64,000 bases of DNA from Mobula birostris (lineage: Eukaryota), in contig NC_092372.1 of assembly GCF_030028105.1 (NCBI RefSeq), positions 101,436,687 through 101,500,686 on the forward strand, given 5' to 3'. Position 1 is the stretch's first letter, and each line of letters starts with the position of its first letter. The position numbers were made by a program, and so were the translations under genes. The notes below the pieces were generated by a model. That model worked only from the letters and a program-made list of their open reading frames with translations. It searched no databases and was not told where the DNA came from. Positions 1-12,544 of the stretch are shown here, piece after piece.

Positions 1-2334
1 TTATTTCAATAGTTTAAGATCAGTGCTCCTAGAAAAAATGCAATGCTGAGTAATCTTTCGCAATTTCTTTACTTACCTCTAATATTGCTTTTGATGATAT
101 ATTTTCCTGTAGTTATTGACACCACGGAACTGAAATTCATAATTTCAAAGATGTGGGTGATTGCCAGAGAACTGGAAGTGTGGAGGTATGCAGAAGCAGA
201 GGCTAATACTGTCAGTCAGGTTTGGTGCCTGCAACAGGCATATTTTCTAGCTTCACTTCACACAAGCTGTTTAAGAGATGTGCCCTCCAACAGTGTTAAG
301 GAAGGACCTTTCAGTGTTGAAGACAATCCTCAGGTAAATAATATAATCAAACCTCCCCAAGGTATGGACAACTGCTCCATATGTAGCATGGCCACTTCAT
401 TTATTAAGGGCAACTATCCCAGATAATCTTACTTTCTCTGAAGCTTTAGTTCTTGAGAAGTAGTGATGATGATTTTTCCATTCAGAGAAATACATCAGAA
501 TCAGTAAATTTCTTGCAGAAATATCAACAACCCACTATCATACATACTTCTATAAAACCAGTTTCAACACCAAACTAGAACATTGGCCAAATCAGGAAAA
601 TGAAGTCTAATGGGTATTTTGTTTGTATTTCTGCATGATCGGACAACCTGGTTATTTTTGTTCACACTATTGAAAACTTTGTTGGGAAAAAGCCAGCTAA
701 CATTAAGGTTTCCAAGTGTATAGCCAAGGCAAAGTTTTACAGTTTGATCAAAAGTAGACAAAATGGTGGTGAAGAATGTAAAGTGTTCAATATGTAATCC
801 TCCAGCAGTTTTTAGTCACTCAAGAGCAGATAACAAAATGATGTCATTTGCTTAAGGTAGAAACTGATTAAATTATCTCTACAAACTATAACTTGCTGCC
901 ATTTTAGTTAAGCAATTGTTAGTAGAAGCATTTACAACAGTGATGCTATCATGGACACAGACCTTTAACTACCACATGACATAATTCTCTCAGAAACCAT
1001 AATCTGTCCTCAGAATCCTATTACAAATCAGTAAGCTGCAGTGCTGCCATGTTGCTATTGATCTCCTTTGTATTACAGATTTTATGCATTTAAATTATCT
1101 TGGCCCAAATCTTTTTCAGGTTTTCCTACAGAAACCTGGATCCATAAAGCTCTGTGAATAGTGCTCTGTTATTAATCATTTCCTCGGTAAGAAGTATCAG
1201 CTTCTATTAGATTAAATACCTTGGAGTACAGATGCTACCTTGTACTCACACAGTTATTCACATGTAGTCTTTAAATCACCAAGTCAACTATAATCCATTA
1301 TCCAATAAGATTTAGTAGAAAACTTATTTAAGGTACCTATCGAAGCACACATGTGACAGACGCAATCCTTTAGTATATTGTAAAGTGACAGATATCCGTG
1401 CAGGGAATTTCAGGTAAATCAAACAGAAGCTAAAGAGATTAAAAACAAGCAAATTGTAAAGTTCAAGATAAAGTAAAAGCAGCTTTTGGACTAAACGTAG
1501 CAAATCCTTCCTGATGTGCAGAACAAAACCAGACTCCAAAACTAATTTATTGCTTCCATTCCCCTTATATTCTAATGCAGAAATTTGACATAATCTCCAA
1601 AGGTACTTTCTTAGAACAAATCATTCAATCAAATAATCATGCTGGAAAGAAATCTGCAGCAGGATGATAAAAGCACTTGTTGTAAAGTATTTATTTTTTT
1701 CCAGATAAAAATATATTTTAGGTTAATCTATTTTCTTCTGCACCTTTTCCTGAGATGCTTTAGTTGTCATTGATCTTCAAGCCAACTCACTTAATAAAGT
1801 TGTTTCAGGCTGTGATTCCCTACAATCGTGCAGTTATCCAATCCAATCATTTTGGATTGCCTAGCAGGACACATGTCTCTGTTACAGGAAAGTTGGATGA
1901 AATTGTATAGTTCTAAGTGCAGCATACTGTACTTCAACTATCAGCATGGTCTGGTTCAGGTATTTCCTTTCCTTATAAGAACAGAGAACAATCATTTCAT
2001 ATCACATTTATTCTAATAATGTCTTGACACATTGTTTTTTCTCTCCATAAATTATACTGGAAAATCTAACCCTTACATATCAGTGCATAAGTTTTCATTT
2101 ACTTATGTTTCCCCTCTCTGCTTCTTTCCATAATGCTGTCTCCCAGTCTAATATTTTATCCACAAATGCCACTGAATTGGGGAATGGAGAGGGTCAGGTT
2201 GGACCTGTTACAGAAATAAAATGGTAATTAAATGTATTAGCAGACCACATAGTTTTAATGGATCTTGCTGTAGTTCATGGCAGTAATGGAGAAATATTGC
2301 CAAGAAGTTCATCCTCTGTCAAACTGGAGTCATG

Positions 2335-2620
2335 GCCTGAGAATATGTTATTAGATGAATGATCCGGAAACCAGAACTCAAATCTTATTACAGCATTGGC
2401 GGAACTTAAATTCAATGAAAAAAATCAACAACAATGAGTAATGATTAGTAATGATTACAGCAAACACTATCAGATTTTCATAAAAACTTATCCAGTTCAT
2501 CAATGTCATTCAGGAAAGGAACTCTGCTCTCCTTACCTGGATAGGAGACAACAGTCCCATGTTGTTGATTCCTAAATAGCCTAGCGAGTGCACAGTGTAT
2601 CATCACTGTTACATTTGAAC
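2335..2620 (+). mobile_element. Old, degenerate chondrichthyan-type SINE remnant
   Basis: Blocks such as AAAAACTTATCCAGTTCATCAATGTCATTCAGGAAAGGAACTCTGC..CCTTACCTGG resemble an abundant shark/ray SINE body; recognised from memory only. Confidence 0.4.
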
Positions 2621-2804
2621 AAAGATCTGTGCCACAAGTTCAAGACGTTGCATCCATTCAAAGACAACACTGGATAAACAATAAGTTCTGCTCTAACCAT
2701 TGATGGCCACCCTGAAAGATGAATAAAGACACAATACAATTGCATCTTAATGAATTTTAGAAGCAGAATACAACACACACATTAGTGTTTGCAAATCAAC
2801 AAAC

Positions 2805-2980
2805 TACAGAAGCTGGAAATCTACCATATTAATGGAAATTACGGGAAACATTCAGCCAGCAGCTATAAAGTATTAAACAAAATTAATGTTTCAGGCTGAA
2901 GACCATCCAGTTTAGGTTGTTTCTCTTTCCACAGATGCTGTCTGTTCTTCTGAGTGTTTCCTGCACTTTCTGGTTTTCTG
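2805..2980. mobile_element. Degenerate fold-back copy of Penelope-like terminal repeat
   Basis: Left arm GGAAATTACGGGAAACATTCAGCCAGCAGC and right arm TCCACAGATGCTGTCTG..CTGAGTGTTTCCTGCACTTTCTG are imperfect inverted copies of the motif in 13920-14005. Confidence 0.5.
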
Positions 2981-4336
2981 AACTATTAATTATCTTCAGT
3001 ACCTCAAAATTTCCAGGCTGAAAGTGCTAGATGGATACTGGAGCACTGACTGTCAGTTGTAATCTTTGCTATTTTCTAAGTTTAGAGTCAAATTTTGTCC
3101 TCGTTATTTCTGAATCCAGCCTACAATTAATTAAAAGTGTTTCTGTTTCACAAGAATAGGACAATCCAATACTTTCAATCCCATTCCTTGCTCGAAGAAA
3201 TGGATACTACTAAAGTGACTTGACAAAATAAGAATTTGAGAATAGAATGAAGCTAGTTTTCAAAGGGCTTCAGTCAATGAAGATGTAATATTGCTGTCTT
3301 CAACAAACTTTGATGAACTCGCATGAAGTCTGACTCTGCAGGTGCAGCAACTGAGGCTGAAACATATGATGTGATAACAGAAATCAGCTGTTAAATAGTT
3401 AACACATGGTAGAGTTTGTCAAACTTTCTACCTAATCCCATAAGCTTCCATCTAAAGCCAATTTACAGTTCATTCAGGCTCTTCTGAATCTGCACCCTGA
3501 ATTCCTAAGACACCTGTTTATTCCAATTACAAAATTCTTGAACTCCATAATTTAATTTTTGCAAGTCCAAATTAATTGTTTTTCCTGAAATTGAGACTTT
3601 AATCCTGAGTGCTCATTTGTTCAAAAAAGATGTTTCATGCTGGCCTTTTCTTTACTAAACAAAATGCTACATTCTAATTTAATTGCTGATGTACAACATT
3701 TACATGCCAATTTGGTACATAAAAAAACTCTGGATAAATATGTAACATTTATGTTGTTCTCTGCAAAATCACGTGGAAATACAGTAGTCTCAGACTATCT
3801 GAATTTCTCACAGTCTGAATTCTCCTGTTCTTTGTCTTCCCACACAAGAATAGACCTCAACTATTCATTGATCCAAATATCTGTAGGAAATGCTTTGGTT
3901 GAAATATCAACCTTGCTGAGTAGAAAATGAAGTGTAAATGATTATTCCCCAAAACAAATGCTCGTCTGAAATTGGCATTATTATTAATCATTCCTTCTGT
4001 TACTTATGAATAACTTACCAACCGAAAGAGCTGGCTCATTTATTTCTGAGAATTAAAACATTTTCTTCTTTTTTTTAAAAGGTTGTTATTTTTAGTTTTA
4101 TAGCAAAGGTTGTTTTTAACTAACAGTCAGTTTTCAGGTAATGGAAAAAATTGCCTGCAGTGTTCTGACTTGTTACAGAATTCAGGCAATGGGATAGAAC
4201 CTGAACCATTCTTGTATGTGTTCAATGCACCTGTAGTAACATATGCCATTCCAAATTAATCTACAACACTTTCACCACATTAACTATATTTGTTCAGTGT
4301 CATGAATGAAGTGTGCTTTCCTTAGAAGGCCACAAA

Positions 4337-5215
4337 CCAGAGAAATTGGTCAGAACTGATTCAACGTGGTAGAATTCTCTTCCTTCGGAATGTATACTCC
4401 TTCAGCCTCACTCCATGACAAAGGAACAACACCTTGTCTCCACACCACCTTTAACAATCTCCACAAACATTTCCTCAGCTGTTCACACTTCTTGAACACC
4501 TTATACGGCACTCCATTAGGTCCTGGCACTGAACCTGACCTTGCCTTTCTGATGAACCGTTCGACTTCTGCCAGTTTGGGTCCTGACAGATCGAAATTCA
4601 CTCCCGGCTCAGTAGGCTTCGCAAGCCCTGAAATGTCAAGCAAAGGAGCCTCCCGCTGTTTGTTAGAGTAAGTGCTTGCCAGGTGATCCTCAAGTTCTTG
4701 ATGAGAGATGTTAAGCTGCCCGCTCTTACTTTGTTCAAACAATTTCTTTGTGAACTGGTGAGGGTTCTCGAAGAACAACTTTCTCACCTTCTCCCTCTTC
4801 TTTCTCTTTTTACGTTGTGACTCTGCACGACGGAGTAATACTAACTTTAATCAAAAATGCTCTTGGAGATCAACAAGCCCTGGCTTGTCACCCTCACTTC
4901 CTACCTTCCACTTATGTCTCAACAATCAAGTTCTCTCCTCAACCTACTAATTTTCCTTCTGGCACCTGCTTGGTGTTTGTGTAGGCTTTGCTTTCTTCAA
5001 CTCAACCAAACCAAACTGGCACTTTCCAACATTGTAAATCGTATCGCCCATCACTTCCAACTTTCTCTTTTATGTTCCCATGAGAGTGTCCTCCAACATC
5101 ATACACAACATCAGCAAACACACGCCAAGCCTTCTAATCTGCCACTGCTGGCCACTTGACCTTCCCCTTCTTCTCTACTTCCTCACCACCGGCATCATGC
5201 GAAGGATCTACACAA
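4337..5215 (-). mobile_element. HERO/R2-superfamily non-LTR retrotransposon, internal fragment (pre-RT region and RT N-terminus)
   Basis: ORF 4350-4787: FFENPHQFTKKLF, KARSGSVPGPNGVPYKVFKKC, LWRLLKVVW, EAEGVYIPKEENSTTLNQF*PISL, typical of HERO-clade RT domains 0-2; frameshifted upstream continuation (VKWPAVAD). Confidence 0.72.
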
Positions 5216-5359
5216 AAACTTGCTTAGCTACAATGTATCTTTCCTGAATTTGTCTGCTGCGGCTATGTTGCATTTGGCAATTCCTTGTTCCTTACACAAG
5301 CATCACTCTAAACAGGTACACTTCTAAGGATCTAACTCCTTGGCCAAAGGCAACATAAG

Positions 5360-5635
5360 TAAAATACCAATTGGTCCATGCCGACATGATTTCTCATCTA
5401 AGCTGGCCCCATTTGCCTGTGTTTGCCTCATAAGCTTTTCCTATCAATAACTCTAAGTGCCTTTAATAATGTTAGTGTACTTGCCTCAGCTATTTCCTTT
5501 GGCAGCTTATACCATATATTGTCCACTCTCTAGATGAAAAGTTTTCCCTCCAGGTTCCTATTAAATATTCCCCCTTTCACCCTAAACTTATGCTCACTAG
5601 ATCTTGATTCCTCAATCATGACAGAAAGACTGTAT
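5360..5635 (-). mobile_element. CR1 LINE 3' fragment
   Basis: Reverse complement matches the 3' ORF2/UTR of other CR1 copies in the window (e.g. 58920-59110). Confidence 0.7.
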
Positions 5636-7620
5636 TGTCTTCAGTGTATCACTGGACTGGACTGTATTCAGGGATTCATCTTCAAATCTGTTCGTATGCC
5701 ACAGTTGCTACCGACTTCATTAAAACCTGTGTAGATGAGTATGTGCTGACGAAAATTTGATGTACTTTCCCAAACCAAAAGCTTTGGATGAACCAGGAGG
5801 TAACATCAACTGCTGAGGCTGGATCTGTGGCATTTAAGTCTGGCAGCTCAGGTCTGTACAAGAAAACAAGTTATGACTTGCAGAGGGCTATTTCAAAAGT
5901 GAAGAAATAATTCTGAGTGAGGTTCGAGGCAACATCAGGTGCACATCAACTCTGGCAGGGTTTGCAAGACACTACTTCCTACAAAGCAAAACCCAATAGC
6001 ATGAATGACAGTGAAGCTTCACTGCCAGATGATCTCAACTCTTCTAATGCCCACTTTGAAAGGGAGAATATAACTACAGCTGTGAAGATCCCTGCTGCAC
6101 CTGGTATCCCTGTGATTTCTGTCTCAGAGGCTGATGTCAGGCTGTCTCTCAGGAGGGTGAACCCTCACAGGGGGCAGAAGTACAGGGGGATGGAGTACTT
6201 GCTAAGGTTCCGAATACTTGTGCCAACCAACTGGTGGGTGTACTCAAAAACACTTTCAACCTCTCACTGCTACGGTTGGAAGTTCCCACTGCTTCAAAAC
6301 GGCAACAATTATACCAGTGCCTAAGAAGAGTAGTTTGAGCTTCCTTAATGACTATTGTCCAGTAGCACACTCATGTATGGTGATGAAATGCTTTGAGAGG
6401 TTGGTCATGGCTAGAATCAACTCCTGCCTCAGCAAGTAGCTGGACGGCAGATGCAATCTCAATGGTTCTTTTTATGGACAATGCAAACACCTATGTCAGG
6501 ATGCTGTTCATTGACTATAGCTCAACATTTAACACCATCATTCCTACAGTCCTGATCAATATGCTACAGAACCTGAGCCTCTGTATCTCCCTCTACAATT
6601 AGATCCTTGACTTCCTAACCGGAAGACTACAATCTGTAATGACATCTCCTCCTCGCTGACTATCAAAACTGGCGCTATACCCATTACTGCGTGGCTAGGT
6701 ACAGTTCAAATACCATCTATAATTTGCTGATGGTACAACTATTGTTGGCAGAAACTCAGATGGAGACGAGAGGGCATGCAGGAACGAGATATACCGACTA
6801 GTGGAGTGGTGTCGCAGCAACACCCTTGCACTCAACATCAGTAAGACTAAAGAGCTGATTGTGGACTTCAGGAAGGGTAGGTCAATGGAACTTGAACCAA
6901 TCCTCACAGCGGGATCAGAGTGAGCCATTTCTAAGCTCCTGGGTGTTAAGATCTCTGAGGATCTAACCTGGTCCCAACATATTAATGCAGTTATAAACAA
7001 GGCAAGACAGCTGCTATACCTCTTGAGGAGTTTGAGGAGTTTGAAGAGATTCGGTTTGTCACCTAAAACACTCAAACACTTCTAAAGATGTATCCTGGAC
7101 AGCATTCTGACAGACTGCATCACTGTCTGGTATGGAGGGGAGGGTAGGGGTGGCTACTGCATAGGATCAAAAGAAGCTACAGAAAGTTGTAAAATTAGTT
7201 AGCTCCATCTTGGGTACTAGCCTCCATAGTACCCAAGACATCTTCAAGGAACAGCGCCTCAGAAAGGTGATGTCCATTATTAAGGACACCCAGGACATGC
7301 CCTCTTTTCATTGTTATCATCAGGAAGGAGGTACCGAAGCCTAAAGGCACACTCTCAGCAATTCAGGAACAGCTTCTTCCCCTCTGCCATACAGTTACTA
7401 AATGGATAATGAACTCATGAACACTACCTCACTTTTTTAATTTCTGTTTTTGCACTGCACTATTTTAAATTTAACTATTTAATATACATATATCTATATA
7501 CTTACTGAAATTGATTTCCTTGTTTTTCTATATTATCATGTTTTGCAATGTACTGCTGTCATGAAGTTAACAAATTTCATGACCTATGCCAGTGATATTA
7601 AACCTGATTCTGATTCTGAA
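5636..7620 (+). mobile_element. Rex1/Babar-like LINE, 5'-truncated, disrupted RT
   Basis: [71 protein letters not shown]; ends in CCTGATTCTGATTCTGA tail (~7603-7619). Confidence 0.85.
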
Positions 7621-7739
7621 GACTAGGTCGGCTCGTCTGGACAAAGGACTGGAACTTGAAGGCCTGATATCTGCGAGTCTGAGTTTCCAAGGCCAAGGAC
7701 TGGTCAAAGGCTCAAAGGCAGCCTGTCCTGGGTTTGGAG

Positions 7740-7995
7740 GCCTGTCTCTGTGTCACTGGATGGGAAAAGTGTTTGCTTTGTTTTTTTTGTTGTTTTGTAT
7801 TATTGTTGCTGCTTGTGTTGTTCCTGCTAAGCATTATGGGCATGCTATGATGGCATCAGAATGTGTTGTGTCACTTGCAAGCTGCCCCAGGTCATCCTTA
7901 GGTTGTGCTGATTGTTAATGCAAAGGCATATTCACTGTATGTTTCATTGTTCATATGAAAAATAAACAAATAAATAAATCTCAATCTTAATCTTA
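7740..7995 (+). repeat. Unclassified retroposon 3' end
   Basis: TTCACTGTATGTTTCA..AATAAA..(AATCTT)n-like tail; related tail at ~55740-55795. Confidence 0.4.
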
Positions 7996-7996
7996 A

Positions 7997-8320
7997 AGAC
8001 CGAAAGAAGCTACAGAAAGTTATAAAATTTGTCAGCTCCATCTTGGGTACTAGCCTATGTAGTACCCAAGACATCTTCAAGGAGCAGTGTCTCAGAAAGG
8101 CAACGCCCATTATTAAGGACCTTCAATACCAGGAACAACCCTCTTCACACTGTTACCATCAGGAAGGAAGTACGAAAGCCTGAAGGCACACAGTCAGCGA
8201 TTCAGGAACAGCTTCTTCCTCTCTGCCATCCGATTCATAAATGGACATGGAACCTGTGAACACTACCTCACTTTTTTAAAATATATATTATTCCTGTTTT
8301 TGCACTATCTTTGATCTATT

Positions 8321-8324
<4 letters not shown>
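7997..8324 (+). mobile_element. Rex1-like LINE 3' fragment (same subfamily as 7165-7500)
   Basis: Near-identical to 7170-7480 (AAGAAGCTACAGAAAGTT..TTCAGGAACAGCTTCTTCC..AACACTACCTCACTTTTTTAA). Confidence 0.8.

Positions 8325-8349
<25 letters not shown>
8325..8349. repeat. (AT)n microsatellite, TA target of the Tc1
   Basis: 25-nt AT run directly abutting the CAGTGG terminus. Confidence 0.9.
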
Positions 8350-8351
<2 letters not shown>

Positions 8352-9190
8352 GTGGCATACAAAAGTTTGGGCACCCCTGGGCAAAATTTCAGTTTTACTG
8401 TGAATAGCTAAGCGAGTAAAAGATGACCTGATTTCCAAAAGGCATAAAGTTAAAGATGACACATTTCTTTAATATTTTAAGCAAGAAAACTTTTTTATTT
8501 CCATCTTTTACAGTTTCAAAATAACAAAAAAGGAAAAGGTCCGGAAGCAGAAGTTTGGGCACTCTGCATGATCAGTACTTAGTAACACCCCCTTTGGCAA
8601 GTATCACAGCTTGTAAATGCTTTTTGTAGCCAGCTAAGAGTCTTTCAATTCTTGTTTGGGGGATTTTTGCCCATTCTTCCTTGCAAACGGCTTCTAGTTC
8701 AGTGAAACTCTTGGGCCATCTTGCATGCACTGCTCTTTTGAGGTCTATCCACGGATTCTCAATGATGTTTAGGTCAGGGGACTGTGAGGGCCATGGCAAA
8801 ACCTTCAGCTTGCACCTCTTGAGGTAGTCCATTGTGGATTTTGAGGTGTGTTTAGGTTCATTATCCTGTTATAGAAACCATCCTCTTTTCATCTTCAGCT
8901 TTTTTACAGACGGTGTGATATTTGCTTCCAGAATTTGCTGGTATTTAATTGATTTCAGTCTTCTCTCTACCAGTAAATGTTCTCCGTGCTACTGGCTGCA
9001 ACACAAGCCCAAAGCATGATCGATCCACCCCCATGCTTAACAGTTGGAGAGGTGTTCTTTTCATGAAATTCTGCACCCTTTTTTCTCCAAACATACCTTT
9101 GCTCATTGCAGCCAAAAAGCTCTATTTTAACTTCATCAGTCCACAGCACTTGTTTCCAAAATGCATCAGGCTTATTTAGATGTTCCTTTG
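8350..9190 (-). mobile_element. Tc1-family (DD34E) DNA transposon, IR/DR type; only the 3' half and one TIR remain
   Basis: TA|CAGTGGCATACAAAAGTTTGGGCACCCC terminus; direct repeat AAGTTTGGGCAC near 8363 and 8551; transposase follows. Confidence 0.92.
8572..9190 (-). pseudogene. Tc1 transposase catalytic domain, with a premature stop and frameshift
   Basis: VLWTDEVKIELFG, TVKHGGGSIMLW, WFL*QDNEPKH, WPSQSPDLNIIEN (34 residues between D and E), LQAVILAKGGVTKY*. Confidence 0.92.
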
Positions 9191-9280
9191 AACCTTTTGA
9201 ATAGAACTTTTTGGCTGCAATGAGCAAATTTATCCCACTCCATTTCATTGATTAGAAGGAAGATATATACATTGAAATCC

Positions 9281-9575
9281 TCTTCTCTCTCATTAGACAG
9301 AAGGAAGCACATACTACTAGGCTTATAGATAGCTTCTATCTATTGCAAAACAACTGAATAAACAAGATGGACTCTTGACCTCACAGCCTAATCTATTGTG
9401 GCTTTGCACTTTATAGTTTGCCTGCATTGCACTTTCTCTGTAACTGCAACACACAATTCTGCATTCTGTTTTTGTTTTCCCTTGTACTACCTCAATGAAC
9501 TAATCTGTGTGGATGGATTGCAGATCAAACTTGTTCAGCATACCTCGGCACATGCAACAATAATGAACCAAATTT
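9281..9575 (+). mobile_element. Rex1-like LINE 3' UTR remnant
   Basis: AGATAGCTTCTATC..GATGGACTCTTGACCTCACA..TGCACTTTCTCTGTAACTG..ACATGCAACAATAATGAACCA tail pattern. Confidence 0.5.
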
Positions 9576-10134
9576 GCCAACTTATTAATAATTTAGTTCA
9601 CAACTACTTAATTTTAATTTGAATTCATTGATTTACATAGTCATGAACCTTTTGATCCTTCACAAACTTCAAAAATTTGTGAATGCACACCTCCAATCCT
9701 TTTCCTTAGCACCTTTTATTTAATGTTGATCAACCTTCCTAAGTGAGTAATTTCCTCCGTCTCTGAGTTAAACTCAGTCAGCCATGTGTCTGTCCATTTC
9801 CCCATCCAATTTACATCATGCAGAAATGTATTACTGTTCACTTCACTCTTTATCATACTGAATTATGCGTCATCTGTGGACTTTAAAATAATACCATATA
9901 TAAGCAAGCTCCTGTTATTAATTATATATCATAAAGATCACTGTAAGTGTTCCTCTAGTTTGTAAGATAAGCATTTACCAGTTTTTCCTCTTTCATTCTT
10001 TGATGTGGTGCATACATCCTGGTACTGCCCTTTTCAGCACATGGTTTTAAATTTAATTTAATTTTGTAATTTATTTAGAGAAACAATGCAGAACCGATGG
10101 TTTCTACAATTCAGAATATGATAGCATGAAAAAT

Positions 10135-10400
10135 AGTGTAGAGGAGGTTTATAAGGATGTTGCCAAAACTAGAGAATTTTAGTCATAAGGAGAGAGGTTG
10201 TTTCCTTCAGAATTAACAATTCAATTAGCATTCAATTAAGTTGCAGAAATTTTAATTTTATGCAAACAACTTTATGAGAACCAATTTATATTTGTTGAGA
10301 CATCAAAAATGGGATATGGATGTGAGGTCATTGGTCAAAGAACTAAGAGAGAGTTGAGTGTCAAATGATTCATTAAAGTAGCAGTGGAGGTTTGGAATCA
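10135..10400 (+). mobile_element. Old CR1 ORF2 3' remnant
   Basis: GAGGAGGTTTATAAGGATGTTGCCAAAACTAGAGAATTTTAGTCATAAGGAGAG resembles the CR1 'QRRFTRMLPGL..SYEER' region. Confidence 0.5.
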
Positions 10401-10679
10401 CTGGAATTTGGAACCCTTGCAACACTGCCCTCCAGTTTCAAATCAAGTTCTGCATAAGAACACTTTCTTCATGAACACAATGGTCCACATTCTTCATAAA
10501 ATCCATTCTGTTGTGACTTATTTAATTTTATCTGTCTTTAAAATTTTGTTCACCACAAATGGAAAACTGATTACCCTCTGGTTCATAGTTATCCCACTCC
10601 ATTTCATTGATTAGAAGGAAGGTATATACACTGAAATCCAACAGTGAACTGCACCAGATATTTGATAGATCAGATGAAA

Positions 10680-10765
10680 TAAAGATAGGAAATGATTTAG
10701 ATACTCAGCAGGTGCAATAATTTCTGGAGAGTTCACATTTTAAATCAATGACTTCCATCAGAATG
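10680..10765 (-). mobile_element. Highly degenerate Penelope terminal-repeat relic
   Basis: ATACTCAGCAGG..CTGGAGAGTTCACATTTTAAATCAATGACTTCCATCAGAA; reverse strand begins TTCTGATGGAAGTC. Confidence 0.35.
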
Positions 10766-11149
10766 GGTCCTTATTCCTCAGAAACAAATCCAACACTTTG
10801 CATCAAATTATCAATGGGTTAACAATTTAACCATGTTTTCTTTCTTACAGGCACTACATAATGTACTAAGCTTGCACAATATTTCTTGCTTTTAATTTCC
10901 TGAATTCCTCCATCCCTTTCTCTGATAAAGTGGCAGGCACCGGCAAGGTGAGATTTCCTGCCAGTTGCCCTGGGAAGACAATGGAGTGAACCCTGCCTAC
11001 TGAACTGTGAGCTATTACTACGTAGTGAGCAGATAGGGAGAAGGCTGCAAGGCCTGACAAAATCCTCATCTATACAGTACCCAATCGATAGCTTCTTGTG
11101 GACCAACCTCAGATATCCTTCTTGAACTAAAAAAGTGCAGTAAAGTACA

Positions 11150-11810
11150 ACTTCAAGTTCAAGTTTAATTGTCAGTCAACCATACACATGAATTCAGCCA
11201 AATGAAATGACTTTCTTCTACAACTAAGGTGCAAAGCACAGAACCAACCATTACACACAAAACATAAACCACATATAATTCTGATAGCAGAAAACATAGC
11301 TACAAAGAAAATAAAAATTAAATAAAATAATTTAGCCCAAGTCCCTTTAGATTAGTGGTGAATGGGTGTTGTCCTGGAGCCATATTTTAAAGGTTTCAAT
11401 ATGTACATTTAATGTCAGAGAAATGTGTACAATATACATCCTGAAATTCTTTTTCTTCACAACCATCCATGAAAATAAAGGAGTGCCCCAAAGAATGAAT
11501 GACAGTTAAATGTTAGAACCCCAAAGCTCCCCCAACTCCTCCCTCGCACTCATAAGCAGTAGCAAAGCAAAGATCCACCCTCCCCCACCAGCAAAATTAA
11601 AGCATCAGCACCCCCCAACGAGCACTCAAGCATGCAGCAAAGCATAAATAAAATTGTAGTACCCCAAACACTGCTCGTTTACCCAATAATATGACACACC
11701 ACAGGCTCTCTTGCTCCATAATAAGGGAAAAAGAAATGTCTCCATTTCACAGCGAGAGGGGAGACGTAATAAACAATTTGCTGATTTACGATCACAACAA
11801 AAGCATAACC
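11150..11810 (-). repeat. Two adjacent unclassified retroposon 3' segments (about 11150-11330 and 11390-11810)
   Basis: Reverse-strand tails (TAAACTTGAACTTG; ATTAAATGTAC) and repeat-like composition; no coding motif. Confidence 0.4.
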
Positions 11811-12078
11811 ACAACTACCCCCACTGATCACTGGGCCACGCTCCATGCACTGCCTCTGACCCTTCTTCACTAGGTGGCTGAGGCAGGCTGCAACATGATG
11901 TGCAACAGGCCCTGCTCCTCCCCTGTCTAGCAGACAGCTAGTGAGGCAGACCTGGTGCTCTGGATAACCAGCAGTGCCTTGTAATCATGAAAAAGACTCT
12001 TGATTGGGCTCAGAGAGGCCACTGCATCAGAGTGCACCGCCATCCTACCAGAAGTAAAAGGTGAATGGACAACATGAG

Positions 12079-12332
12079 TGTTGTGTATTTAATATCTGAG
12101 TAATATTGTAGATATATTGTTTGATGGAACATTTTGAATTGCATGTAAAATTACATAACTAGCATATATCATTACACCACCAAGTCATATGTGCATGTCA
12201 TTTTGCCACCTCATCACATGAGGGTGCCTCACTAAAGTAAAGAAATATAACTAAATGTACAAACGTATATCAGTTATCCCTGGTTCTCCTGTGTTTTTCT
12301 TATGAATAGTTTTAGGGTTACAAAACATAACA
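12079..12332 (+). repeat. 5' LTR
   Basis: TGTTGTGTATTTAATAT...GTTACAAAACATAACA. Confidence 0.9.
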
Positions 12333-12333
12333 G

Positions 12334-12345
12334 TGGCAGCAAGAT
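12334..12345 (+). promoter_or_regulatory. Degenerate primer-binding site (tRNA-Ser-like, canonical TGGCGACGAGGAT)
   Basis: TGGCAGCAAGAT one base after the 5' LTR. Confidence 0.6.
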
Positions 12346-12544
12346 AGTTTTTAAATCAACCTGAAACCTACCTGTTGAAGCATAGTGAGACATTTGAGTT
12401 AAAAAACACTGCAATTCTTTTTTTTTGCTTCTGCAAGGGGAAAAGATGGTTCAGTTAAAAAAAGGTAGAGAATAAACAAAATTCACAGATTCATAAACAG
12501 TGAGCACCGCGTGATAACAACAATAAATAAAAAAAGTAGTATTG

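Noticed and set aside
43-426. 127-aa ORF, and a minus-strand donor (AG|GTAAGT) at 71-78
   Set aside because: No recognisable domain and no convincing acceptor for the open frame; 350-420 resembles a decayed LINE tail.
10819-11106. Two overlapping minus-strand ORFs in a higher-GC patch
   Set aside because: No recognisable homology or consistent splice signals; probably an unidentified repeat or chance.
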